64,000 bases of DNA from an uncultured Muribaculaceae bacterium. Its GTDB lineage: Bacteria > Bacteroidota > Bacteroidia > Bacteroidales > UBA932. Made by a program: the position numbers and the translations under genes. The DNA lies in contig CAZITX010000006.1 in NCBI GenBank assembly GCA_964542305.1, forward strand, positions 4,172 through 68,171, read 5' to 3'. A model generated the notes under the pieces. The model ran no database searches. It was not told the DNA's origin and saw only the letters and a program-made list of their open reading frames with translations. Each line of letters begins with the position of its first letter. The first letter of the stretch is position 1. Of the stretch, positions 13,221-24,445 are shown one piece after another.

Positions 13221-14834
13221 CTAAAAAAGTGCGTTGGAAGATTCAGGCGCATAGGATTTTTCCATAGCCAGTAATTTTTGCTTCCGTTCCAGTCCGGCTG
13301 CATAGCCCACAAGGGATCCGTCGGACCCGATCACCCTGTGACAGGGAATAACCACCGCAAACGGATTCGCATAATTTGCCTGTCCTACTGCACGCGTAGC
13401 TTTCGGATTATCAATCATATCCGCCAACTCGGCATATGTAGTGGTCGTCCCGTAAGGAATCTGTTGCAGTGCTGACCATACATGCTTCTGAAAATCAGTG
13501 CCTTCTATATGCAGTGGCAAATCAAAAGTCCGCCTGGTGCCTTTAAAATACTCATCCAGTTGTTCAATGGCCATCAGCAAAACCGGCGGCCGCGCTTCCT
13601 CTGCGTCCATGGGCTCTCCGCTCTTGTAAAAGCCTTTCAAATTGTAATTGTCTTCAAATGCCGAGGCGGTCAGTTCTTCGAACTCATTTGCCGAGAAGGA
13701 GAAGTTTCCCAGCGGTGTTTGTGTGTAGACTTTATACCGAGGCACTTGCGGTCCTCCGGTGAGCATTTGGTACATGTGCTGAGCCACACGCCCTGAAACG
13801 CCGTCGTTGCCCAGGATCCTGTGCAAGCGCTTGTAGTCAGCCAGCACGCTCCGTCTTTTCTGACGTCCTTTCAGCAGTAAACGGAGTTCCTCCCGGAGCT
13901 TTTCCGGATTGCAGTCCTTTTGAATGAGTTCCCGGACCGAGTTTTTCTCCAGGATCAGGTTGGGAAGGGAGATGTGTTTTACCTTGATGATTTTCCGTGC
14001 AATGGCCACGGACAGAGGATTTCCTCCGTAACAAACTACCTGGGGACATTGCAGAAGTGCTGCTTCAAGGGTGGCAGTACCGCTGGTAACCAGGGCGGCT
14101 TCTGCCTGTTGCAGTATCTCGTAAGTGTGTCCGTACATAACCCTTACGGGTAAATCCTTAAGAATACTATCGTACACCGTAATGGGAATGGAAGGCGTTG
14201 CCGCAACGATCCATTGGTAATCGGGGAAATCGCGTATTATTTCAGCAGCCCGGGGCAGGATGAAATTGATCTCGTTCAGGCGGCTTCCCGGAAGAATGGC
14301 CAATACGGGTTCAGATCCGATCTTGTATTTTTTCCTGAAAACATCTGGCGTATCCATTGTTTCCACGGCATCTGCCAGATTGTCCAGAACAGGATTTCCC
14401 AGGTAAACGGCCTTGATCTTTTTGGAACGGAAATAATCCGTTTCAAAAGGAAAAATAACGTACAGCTGATACACGTACTTCCTGATCTTTTTGACACGGC
14501 ATTCCCGGGAAGCCCATACTTTGGGTGCAATGTAATAAAACGTTTTAATTCCCTTCCTGGAAGCAAACCGCGCCATACGCAGGTTAAACCCCGGGTAATC
14601 TATCAAAATCAGTACATCGGGATCGTATTCCAGCAGGTCTTTCTTGCAACGGGAAAGGTCTTTGACGATCGATCCTATACGGGCGGCTACTTCTACAAAA
14701 CCCATCACGGCCGTCCTGGTATCGGGACCCCTGTACATAAATTCAGCCAGCGGGTCCGCCTGGGTCAGCGATTGCATAAGCTGTTTGGCGTAATGATCAC
14801 CGGATACTTCTCCGGCAATGATGAAGTATCGCAT
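13221..14834 (-). CDS. lpxB: Lipid-A-disaccharide synthase fused in frame to methylated-DNA-protein-cysteine methyltransferase (LpxB-Ogt)
   Basis: 537 aa. Residues 1-~360 are LpxB-like (IIAGEVSGDHY, GSRLNEI, TSGTATLEAALL). Residues ~364-537 form a complete Ogt/MGMT (two domains, active site IPCHRVIG). No stop codon separates the two parts. Confidence 0.85.
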   Translation of the reverse strand: MRYFIIAGEVSGDHYAKQLMQSLTQADPLAEFMYRGPDTRTAVMGFVEVAARIGSIVKDLSRCKKDLLEYDPDVLILIDYPGFNLRMARFASRKGIKTFYYIAPKVWASRECRVKKIRKYVYQLYVIFPFETDYFRSKKIKAVYLGNPVLDNLADAVETMDTPDVFRKKYKIGSEPVLAILPGSRLNEINFILPRAAEIIRDFPDYQWIVAATPSIPITVYDSILKDLPVRVMYGHTYEILQQAEAALVTSGTATLEAALLQCPQVVCYGGNPLSVAIARKIIKVKHISLPNLILEKNSVRELIQKDCNPEKLREELRLLLKGRQKRRSVLADYKRLHRILGNDGVSGRVAQHMYQMLTGGPQVPRYKVYTQTPLGNFSFSANEFEELTASAFEDNYNLKGFYKSGEPMDAEEARPPVLLMAIEQLDEYFKGTRRTFDLPLHIEGTDFQKHVWSALQQIPYGTTTTYAELADMIDNPKATRAVGQANYANPFAVVIPCHRVIGSDGSLVGYAAGLERKQKLLAMEKSYAPESSNALF

Positions 14835-14840
14835 TTTCCT

Positions 14841-16732
<1,892 letters not shown>

Positions 16733-16757
16733 CAACACAACGAATAACATATGAAAA

Positions 16758-16788
16758 AGGATAGCCTCATGGTTATCCTTTTTTTTTA
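16758..16788 (+). terminator. Rho-independent terminator after gap
   Basis: Stem AGGATAGCC (16758-16766) pairs with GGTTATCCT (16771-16779), including one G-U pair. The loop is TCAT, followed by a T9 run. Confidence 0.7.
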
Positions 16789-16797
16789 TATTTGTGA

Positions 16798-17811
16798 ATG
16801 GTTTCTGTGATCATGGCAGCGTATAATACGCGGGGATTTGTTTCCGCTGCACTGGACAGTGTTTTTGCACAGACTTATACTGATTTTCAGATCATTGTGG
16901 TTGATGACGCCTCCAGCGACGGAACGGCTGAGATATTGCGATCCTACAACGACCCGCGATTGATAGTCCTGCGTAATGAGACCCGTAGCGGAGCTGCCTA
17001 TTCACGTAACAAAGCAATGGATGAGGCTACCGGTGAATACCTGGCCGTGTTGGATGCCGATGATTTCTGGGCACCGGATAAACTGGAAGCACAAGTAGAA
17101 TTCATGGATGAACATCCTAAAGCTGCCGGGGTAGGCAGTTATGTATACGAAACCGATGAAAACGGTAAACGTATACGAGCCGTTCGCTTTCCGGTGTATC
17201 CTGGACAAATCCGGTGTTCCACTTTTTTTCGCTGCACGATCGTACATTCTTCGGTTATGCTCAGGCATTCATTTATGACAGACAATGAACTTAGGTATGA
17301 TGAAACGTTTCCCGGATCCCACGATTTTGAGTTGTGGAGCCGTGCCGTTTTTGTCGGTAATTTTCACCATATTTCCAGGTACCTGACGTATTATCGTAGA
17401 AATCCCGGACAGATATCCCTGGATGTTACCGGTACCCAAAAAGAACACGCCATAAAAGTTTACCGTACCCTATTGCAAAAAATGGGATTCGAACCTACTG
17501 CAATAGAATTGGATTGTCATTTACGGCTCGTCGGTATTGATACAGATCCGGAAGATGAAAAGACCAGATGCAAAAATGTTTTGGACTGGTGTGAAAAACT
17601 TTATTACAGGAACCAGGAAAACATGGTTTTCAGACAATACCTCTTTGCCAATGAGATCTTGTTGCGTTTCCTGAAATACTGTTATGACAATTCCCTGGGT
17701 TTTTTCCGTACGTTGCGGTTGATGATCTGCCTGCATTGGCGCATGAAATGGTGTTTTTTTCCATATTTTCAATTATTCCAGCGTCTTTCCATAAATTACA
17801 AAGATGTTTGA
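16798..17811 (+). CDS. Family 2 glycosyltransferase
   Basis: 337 aa. The motifs VSVIMAAYN, VVDDASSDGT and LDADD are typical of GT2. Confidence 0.85.
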   Translation: MVSVIMAAYNTRGFVSAALDSVFAQTYTDFQIIVVDDASSDGTAEILRSYNDPRLIVLRNETRSGAAYSRNKAMDEATGEYLAVLDADDFWAPDKLEAQVEFMDEHPKAAGVGSYVYETDENGKRIRAVRFPVYPGQIRCSTFFRCTIVHSSVMLRHSFMTDNELRYDETFPGSHDFELWSRAVFVGNFHHISRYLTYYRRNPGQISLDVTGTQKEHAIKVYRTLLQKMGFEPTAIELDCHLRLVGIDTDPEDEKTRCKNVLDWCEKLYYRNQENMVFRQYLFANEILLRFLKYCYDNSLGFFRTLRLMICLHWRMKWCFFPYFQLFQRLSINYKDV

Positions 17812-18565
17812 CATCAAAGAATACCGTCGTAAAGAAGCCGAGATTCAGCGGGTAACATCTCTAATGCGTATGCTTCCTGCAGAAGCCGGAGAAGTATTGG
17901 AAGCAGGTTGCCGGGATGGTTTTATCACACGTAAACTGGTAGATAAATACGCCTTTGTAACGGCTCTGGATCTGAAATTACCCCGGATTGATCATCCCAA
18001 CGTTACTTGCGTACAAGGGGATATAACGGTTTTACCATTCAGGGACAGATCCTTTGACCTGGTAGTATGTACGGAAGTACTGGAACACATCCCGCCGGAA
18101 AAACTGGGAAAAGCCTGCCGGGAACTGATGCGGGTGTCCCGCCGTTTTTTACTGATAGGAGTACCTTACAAACAGGATCTGCGTGTTCATGCACTGAAAT
18201 GTATTCATTGCGGGACAATCAATCCTACGACAGGTCATGTAAACACCTTTGATGAAAACCACCTGATAACTCTTTTCAATAATATGAAGCCCGTAACCGT
18301 TGAATACCCGGGGTCCGGAGTATACAGGACCAACCGGTTGTCGTATGCCATTTATAAACGGTTCGGCTTTCCTTACGGATCTTACGAGCAGGAAGAAGGT
18401 TGTATTTTTTGCGGCTTACCCTTACAAAAGCCGCGTCTTAACTTTTTTGTCAGGTTGGTATGTCTGTTTGCAAAAGGGTTGGAATTCCTGCAAAACAAAA
18501 TAGGGCCCTGTAAGAGCCCTATTTGGATCCATATTATTTGGGATATTAGTCGGCAGGATTCATAG
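17804..18565 (+). CDS. Class I SAM-dependent methyltransferase with two CxxC pairs
   Basis: 253 aa. Motif I is VLEAGCRDG, followed by DLVVCTEVLEHI. The Cys pairs are CIHCG and CIFCG. It overlaps the GT2 gene by 8 nt. Confidence 0.8.
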   Translation: MFDIKEYRRKEAEIQRVTSLMRMLPAEAGEVLEAGCRDGFITRKLVDKYAFVTALDLKLPRIDHPNVTCVQGDITVLPFRDRSFDLVVCTEVLEHIPPEKLGKACRELMRVSRRFLLIGVPYKQDLRVHALKCIHCGTINPTTGHVNTFDENHLITLFNNMKPVTVEYPGSGVYRTNRLSYAIYKRFGFPYGSYEQEEGCIFCGLPLQKPRLNFFVRLVCLFAKGLEFLQNKIGPCKSPIWIHIIWDISRQDS

Positions 18566-21359
18566 AAATGTCTATGAAATTGCCTTGTTTGAGGAATTTT
18601 TTCAGGAATTTCTGTACAGAACCGGGAGTGATACCTTTTACGATCTGTTCGTAATCGGTCATAATATCCAGGTCATCCGTATAGTAATTCACCAGTACCT
18701 GGTTCCAGTAATTATTCCTGATAAGGTTTTCCTGGCGGTTTTTCAGGAAGTTTTCTTTTGTTTTGTTCACATATTCTTCCGTCGGTCCGTTATCAACCAG
18801 GTTGGTTACATCGGCCTCCACGATCTGGCGCATCTTTTCCTGTCTTTCAGGATCGGTATCAAATAAGATGATCAAGGCAGCATGTGCTTCCGGCTGATCG
18901 GCGGTGATTACCTGAACGGATGCTCCGTAGGTACCGCCTTCATCTTCACGCAAACTCTGAACATAAGCCATATCCAGGATGGATTTAACGGCATCCATGT
19001 AAACCTGGTTCTCAAGTGTATAATCCTGATCGGCAGAGTATACATTTACAATGCTGGTTTTGGGTGTTTCCATGACCACCTTGAAATGATTTTCTACTTT
19101 CCCTTTTTGAATACGGTTGTCGTTTTTCACCCAGCCGGCAGGTTCAGTGGCGGCGGGTAATGATCCCAGGTACAATTCCACTATGGGTTTAAGTTCCTGA
19201 AGATCTACATTTCCAACAATGGTTACAACAGCTCCGTTGGTGTTTTTAAAGCAGGTCCGGTATGCTTTTTCCAGGTTTTCCATATTCACTTTGGAAAGAA
19301 TTTCCGAGGAAATCAGCTGACTGCGCGGATTGTTATTATACAGGGATTTGTATAGTTCTTTTTGCAGTACGTAATTGGGTGTTTTCTCCAGGTTGGGAAC
19401 AATGGCATTCAGTTGTGCCATGGAAGCCTCAAATTCACCGGCTTCAAAACGCGGAGTCACAATATTGGCGTATACCAGTTCAAATAATGTCTGTAGATCC
19501 TGCGGTGATGCACTGCCACGAATGCCCTGGCTGTAATCATTGATATAGGGTGTGGCATTGGCAATTTTGCCGGTCAATTTCTTCCTGAGTGCCGTTGCAC
19601 TGAAATTGCCTACTCCGTTGCTTTGTGTCCACAGACTGAAAACATTGCTTTCTACGGAAGGAAGCAATTCTTCTGAAAGAATGGATAAACCTCCGTCGTT
19701 CTTCAAATTGAATAGCACTTCGTCTTTTTTGTAAGTGGTAGGTTTGATCACCACTTTTATTCCGTTGGACAAAGTCCAGACCGTGCTTTCAAAAGCACCT
19801 GCTTCTTCCTTAACTACTTTACCGGGAACAATGGCGTCAACATTTACCAGCGGTTCATCGGATACTTCTTCTTCATAAGCCTGAAGTTCCATACCTTCCA
19901 CTGAATCCATAATGCCTTTGATTTCTTCAGTTGTAGGGATTACAAGTCCTTCCCGTTTGGGGCTGGAGAGTATCACAACCCTGTTTTCAGGGGTAATTAC
20001 CTGTTGTCCTATCTGGTTAATCTGTTCCAATTGAATGAAAGGCAGGTATCCTTTGGCAACTTCCAGTTCGTAAGCGGGATCTAAAATAGGTTCATTGAAA
20101 GCGTAGTGACTGATCATATCATTGATGAATTCGCTGTTCATCCGGTCACCGGCATTTTCGGCAGCGCGTTCCAGGCGGCGCATGAAATTGGTTTTTGCGC
20201 GTTCAAGTTCTGCATCGGTAAATCCAAACCGGCGCATTTTTTCAACTTCCATCATCAGGGCTTCAAATGCTTTGGCACTTTCCCCGTCCTTGCTGCCAAC
20301 AGAAAAAGCGGTGGCATCGCTTGAGGTGGTCATGGAAGAGAAAGACATGTTGGCACCCAGGAAAGGAGCATCGGGCTTTTGTGCAATTTCTTCAAACCGG
20401 TCGTTCATCATACGGGAAACGAAATATTTGAACATGTCTACCATGTAGATCATTCCCAGGGGACGCATTTCATTTGGAACGGGTTCCGATTTGATCAAAA
20501 ATTCAATGGATGTGCCCTGTGCTTCGGGATCCGTGATAATTCCAATAATGGGTTCATCGTTTTCCGGAATGGGGATCACTTTTTTGGGACTGGAAGTTGC
20601 AGGTGCAGGTACGTCTTCGAATAATGCAACGAGTTTGTTTTCCACCTGGTCTACATCTACGTCACCTACAACAATGACTGCCTGGTGATCCGGACGGTAC
20701 CATGTTTCGTAAAAATCAACAAGTTCCTGAGGATCAAAAGTGGAAAGGCCTTCTACAGTTCCTATGAGATTGCACTCGGCATATTTGGATCCTTTGTACA
20801 AATAGGGAAGGGAGGCTTCAAAAAGACGCCATTGTCCGGTTCTGCGTGTGCGCAGTTCCTCAATAATAACACCGCGTTCTTTTTCAATCTCTTCAAAATC
20901 GTTTGTAACAAAGGCGGCATAATCGTGCATGATAAGCAAACAGGTATCAAGAATACCTTCCCTTAACATGGGGACATTGTTCAACATGTACATGGTTTGC
21001 TCTACACCGGTTCCGGCGTTGATGTTACGGCCAAAACTGCAGCCGATGCTTTCCAGGTAGCTGATAAGCATTTTTCCCGGAAGGTTTTCTGTGCCGTTCA
21101 GGCACATATGCTCCAGGAAGTGGGCAAGACCTGCCTGGCGTTCGTTTTCCTGAATAGCGCCAACGTTGGTAAACAAATAAAACTCGGCACGTTTTTCCGG
21201 TTTGGTGTTGTGCCGGATATAATACGTAAGCCCGTTATCAAGTTTTCCAATCCGTACCGCCGGGTCATTCTTCAGTGGTTCGTTTGGATTGGCCATTTGT
21301 GCGAAACTGGCCGTGCCTGCCATCAATAAGACAAGCAGACTGGTAAGTAATTTCTTCAT
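18546..21359 (-). CDS. M16-family (pitrilysin/insulinase-like) zinc metallopeptidase, secreted
   Basis: Start trimmed to MKKLLTSLLVLLMAGTASFAQ (ATG at 21359). The inverted zinc motif is HFLEHMCLNGTE. The protein has two M16 halves, ~937 aa. Confidence 0.9.
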   Translation of the reverse strand: MKKLLTSLLVLLMAGTASFAQMANPNEPLKNDPAVRIGKLDNGLTYYIRHNTKPEKRAEFYLFTNVGAIQENERQAGLAHFLEHMCLNGTENLPGKMLISYLESIGCSFGRNINAGTGVEQTMYMLNNVPMLREGILDTCLLIMHDYAAFVTNDFEEIEKERGVIIEELRTRRTGQWRLFEASLPYLYKGSKYAECNLIGTVEGLSTFDPQELVDFYETWYRPDHQAVIVVGDVDVDQVENKLVALFEDVPAPATSSPKKVIPIPENDEPIIGIITDPEAQGTSIEFLIKSEPVPNEMRPLGMIYMVDMFKYFVSRMMNDRFEEIAQKPDAPFLGANMSFSSMTTSSDATAFSVGSKDGESAKAFEALMMEVEKMRRFGFTDAELERAKTNFMRRLERAAENAGDRMNSEFINDMISHYAFNEPILDPAYELEVAKGYLPFIQLEQINQIGQQVITPENRVVILSSPKREGLVIPTTEEIKGIMDSVEGMELQAYEEEVSDEPLVNVDAIVPGKVVKEEAGAFESTVWTLSNGIKVVIKPTTYKKDEVLFNLKNDGGLSILSEELLPSVESNVFSLWTQSNGVGNFSATALRKKLTGKIANATPYINDYSQGIRGSASPQDLQTLFELVYANIVTPRFEAGEFEASMAQLNAIVPNLEKTPNYVLQKELYKSLYNNNPRSQLISSEILSKVNMENLEKAYRTCFKNTNGAVVTIVGNVDLQELKPIVELYLGSLPAATEPAGWVKNDNRIQKGKVENHFKVVMETPKTSIVNVYSADQDYTLENQVYMDAVKSILDMAYVQSLREDEGGTYGASVQVITADQPEAHAALIILFDTDPERQEKMRQIVEADVTNLVDNGPTEEYVNKTKENFLKNRQENLIRNNYWNQVLVNYYTDDLDIMTDYEQIVKGITPGSVQKFLKKFLKQGNFIDISMNPAD

Positions 21360-21391
21360 ATTGTCAAATGTTGTATAAGAATCAAGATCAA

Positions 21392-21399
21392 CAAAGGTA
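21392..21399 (-). promoter_or_regulatory. -7 promoter box (TACCTTTG) for the M16 peptidase gene
   Basis: The plus strand reads CAAAGGTA, whose reverse complement matches TAnnTTTG. It lies 32 nt upstream of the ATG at 21359. Confidence 0.4.
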
Positions 21400-21460
21400 G
21401 CAAAAAAACGTTGCGGTGTCTGTCTTTTTTGTATTTTTACAAACTTGACAAATAAAATTA

Positions 21461-23137
21461 ATGCCAATGAAATCCAGAAAAATCGTATTGAGCCTTACTG
21501 CTCTTTTCCTGAGTGCCGGTCCGCTATTGCCGTGTACTAATTTAATAGTAACCAAAGGTGCGTCTAAAGACGGATCCGTAATGGTCAGTTATTCCGCCGA
21601 TTCACACCAGTTATACGGCGAACTTTACTACTGGCCCGCTACCAGGTGGGAAGAAGGAAGTATGTTGAAGATTTATGAATGGGATACCGGAAAGTTTATG
21701 GGGGAAATACCCCAGGCAAGAGAAACGTATTCGGTTACCGGAAATATGAATGAGTACCAGCTGCTTATTGGGGAAACCACCTATGGCGGCCGCAGGGAAT
21801 TCAGGGACAGAAGCGGGATTATGGATTACGGTTCTTTGATATACGTTGCCCTGCAACGATGCAAGACTGCACGTGAAGCCATTGCTTTGATAGACAATTT
21901 GATGCAAACATATGGATACGCATCCAGCGGAGAATCGTTTACCATTGCCGATCCTGATGAAGTCTGGATAATGGAGATCATGGCCAAAGCTCCGCGTATG
22001 GTGGAAGGAGTAAATGTAAATAAAGGTGCCGTATGGGTGGCCAAACGCATACCCGACGGATACATTAGCGCTCATGCAAACCAGGCACGCATAACTACAA
22101 TAGATTTTAACGACCCGGACAATTGCCTTTACAGCCCCGATGTAATATCACACGCCAGGGAAATGGGTATCTTCTCCGGAAACGATAAGGAATTCAGTTT
22201 TTCAGATGTATATGCTCCGGTGGATTTCGGGGCTGCCCGTTTCTGTGACGCACGCGTATGGGCTTTTTTCAACCGCTACGCAGACGGGATGGACAAATAC
22301 CTGGATTACGCTATGGGGTATGATCTGTCCAACCGCATGCCTTTGTATGTCAAACCCAATACGAAACTGTCTGTGAAGGACGTTGCCGACATGATGCGCG
22401 ATCATTATGAAGGAACTCCTATGGATATGTCTTGCGATATTGGAGCAGGAGGAAATGCCTTGCCTTACCGCTGGAGGCCAATGTCTTTTGAACTGGACGG
22501 GAAAACCTACCTGAACGAGCGGGCCATTGCCACACAACAGACCGGATGGTGGTATGTGGGACAATGCCGCAGCGATATGCCCCGCGATCTGGGCGGTTTG
22601 TTCTGGTTTGGAGTGGACGATGCCGGCACTTCTGCCTTAATACCTATATATAGTGTATCCAGCCGGGTTCCGGAATGTATTGAAAAAGGAAATGGCAGCA
22701 TGATGGAATATTCGGAAACTTCTCTTTTCTGGATAGTAAACAGGGTAACACAATTTGCATACCTTCGTTACAACCAGGTTGGGGCCGAAGTGCGTTCCGT
22801 TGTGGACAAGTGGGAAAATGAAATGATGGATAAAACCCGCCATTTAGACCAGATTGCAGTTGAGATGTACCGCCGCGATCCTGATCTTGCCAGGGAATTT
22901 TTAACCGACTTCAGTGTCAATGCGGCACAGACCTTATTCAAAAAATGGGTTGAACTTGACAAGTATTTGATGGTTAAATATATAGACGGCAATACAAAAC
23001 GCCAGGAATCAGACGGGTCCTTCTCCAATAACGGTCATGATCCGCGTATACCGGCCTCTCCCAAAAACGAAGGCTATACGCAGAAATGGAAAGAAGCCGT
23101 TGTGAAGGATAATGGAAAGGTCCTGGAAAGTAAATAA
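21461..23137 (+). CDS. C69-family dipeptidase
   Basis: 558 aa. A signal peptide is followed by the nucleophile Cys in the context LLPCTNLIVTKGASKDGS. Confidence 0.85.
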   Translation: MPMKSRKIVLSLTALFLSAGPLLPCTNLIVTKGASKDGSVMVSYSADSHQLYGELYYWPATRWEEGSMLKIYEWDTGKFMGEIPQARETYSVTGNMNEYQLLIGETTYGGRREFRDRSGIMDYGSLIYVALQRCKTAREAIALIDNLMQTYGYASSGESFTIADPDEVWIMEIMAKAPRMVEGVNVNKGAVWVAKRIPDGYISAHANQARITTIDFNDPDNCLYSPDVISHAREMGIFSGNDKEFSFSDVYAPVDFGAARFCDARVWAFFNRYADGMDKYLDYAMGYDLSNRMPLYVKPNTKLSVKDVADMMRDHYEGTPMDMSCDIGAGGNALPYRWRPMSFELDGKTYLNERAIATQQTGWWYVGQCRSDMPRDLGGLFWFGVDDAGTSALIPIYSVSSRVPECIEKGNGSMMEYSETSLFWIVNRVTQFAYLRYNQVGAEVRSVVDKWENEMMDKTRHLDQIAVEMYRRDPDLAREFLTDFSVNAAQTLFKKWVELDKYLMVKYIDGNTKRQESDGSFSNNGHDPRIPASPKNEGYTQKWKEAVVKDNGKVLESK

Positions 23138-23143
23138 AACAAT

Positions 23144-24445
23144 ATGAAACGATTTTTTCTCCTGTTGCTGTGCCTTGTGCCTTTACTGGCTCGTGGTGCC
23201 GATACGTGCCGGGTGTACGTATTGACCATTGACAGCGAGATCCATGCCAAATCAGCCAGAACACTGGAAAAGGCTCTGGAAGAAGCCAAAAACCTGGAAG
23301 CAAACGTTTTTCTGATGCGATTGAATACATTCGGGGGCGCCCTGGATGCTGCGGACAGGATGCGGACAGCATTGCTGGAGGCACCCTTTACCACCGTCTC
23401 GTTCATTGACCACCAGGCTGCCTCGGCAGGTGCTTTGATCTCTTTGGCGTGTGATCTGATCTATATGTCCCCAGGATCAACCGTAGGCTCGGCAACTGTG
23501 GTCAACCAGAACGGAGAGCCCATGCCCGAGAAATACCAGTCTTACATGCGTTCCCTGATGAGGGCAACTGCCCAGGAGACGGGCAGGGATCCCGAATTGG
23601 CGGAACAAATGGTGAACGGAGAAACGATCGTCAGCCTTACTACAAAGGAAGCTCTGGAAATCGGTTTCAGCCAGGGGCAGGCAGAGAACATAACAGAGGT
23701 AGTGGACCAGTTGGGATACGCCCATTGTGAGATACATCAATACAAGGAAACCTGGCTGGACAAGATTATTGGGTTTTTCCTGTTGCCACTGGTGCAGGCA
23801 CTGTTGCTTATGGGGATGATTGGCGGGGTGTTCTTTGAGCTCAAAACACCCGGTGTAGGATTTCCCCTGGGATTGGCCATAGTGTGTGCCATCTGCTATT
23901 TTTCTCCTTTGTTTTTGGAAGGCATGGTGCAATACTGGGAAGTCATTGTTCTGATAGTGGGTGTGATCCTCATTTTCCTGGAAATTTTCATTACTCCCGG
24001 ATTCGGGATTTTGGGCATCCTGGGAATCATTTTTGTGGGAACGGGGCTGACTTTTTCCATGATAGACAATTGGGTCTTTGAATTTGAAGGGCCTTTCCCA
24101 TGGAACAATCTTCTGACTCCTGTGGCAATCGTATCCCTGTCAGGACTGGCAGCCGTTTCAACTCTTTTATTTTCAGTTCACATGCTTTTCCCTACCAGGG
24201 CATTCAATCATATTGCCCTGAGAAAAGATCTGAAAACCGAAGAAGGGTTTGTGGGAGTTCCCGTTTTGCAGGACATAAAAACCGGGCAGGAGGGTGTTGC
24301 CTTTACCGATCTCAGGCCGGCAGGTAAAGTTACCATTAACGGCAAATGGATGGAAGCCCGGGCAGCCGTAGGATACATAACAAAAAACACGAAAGTGAAG
24401 GTAGTCCGTATAGAAGGCGGCGTTATTTTTGTTGAGACTCTATAA
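23144..24445 (+). CDS. NfeD-family membrane protein (ClpP-class protease-like N-domain plus C-terminal OB fold)
   Basis: 433 aa. ClpP-like segment LNTFGGALDAADRM...AASAGALISLACD, central TM helices, and C-terminal NfeD segment AFTDLRPAGKVTINGKWMEA. Confidence 0.8.
   Translation: MKRFFLLLLCLVPLLARGADTCRVYVLTIDSEIHAKSARTLEKALEEAKNLEANVFLMRLNTFGGALDAADRMRTALLEAPFTTVSFIDHQAASAGALISLACDLIYMSPGSTVGSATVVNQNGEPMPEKYQSYMRSLMRATAQETGRDPELAEQMVNGETIVSLTTKEALEIGFSQGQAENITEVVDQLGYAHCEIHQYKETWLDKIIGFFLLPLVQALLLMGMIGGVFFELKTPGVGFPLGLAIVCAICYFSPLFLEGMVQYWEVIVLIVGVILIFLEIFITPGFGILGILGIIFVGTGLTFSMIDNWVFEFEGPFPWNNLLTPVAIVSLSGLAAVSTLLFSVHMLFPTRAFNHIALRKDLKTEEGFVGVPVLQDIKTGQEGVAFTDLRPAGKVTINGKWMEARAAVGYITKNTKVKVVRIEGGVIFVETL

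Noticed and set aside
21360-21467. N-terminal extension of the M16 peptidase ORF. Similar extensions occur on gap (15662), valS (44271), the TamL-like gene (59358), DUF3467 (44339) and the WG-repeat gene (51423).
   Set aside because: The extensions overlap divergent genes or promoter boxes and lack conservation-like sequence. The internal Met codons give canonical N-termini or signal peptides.
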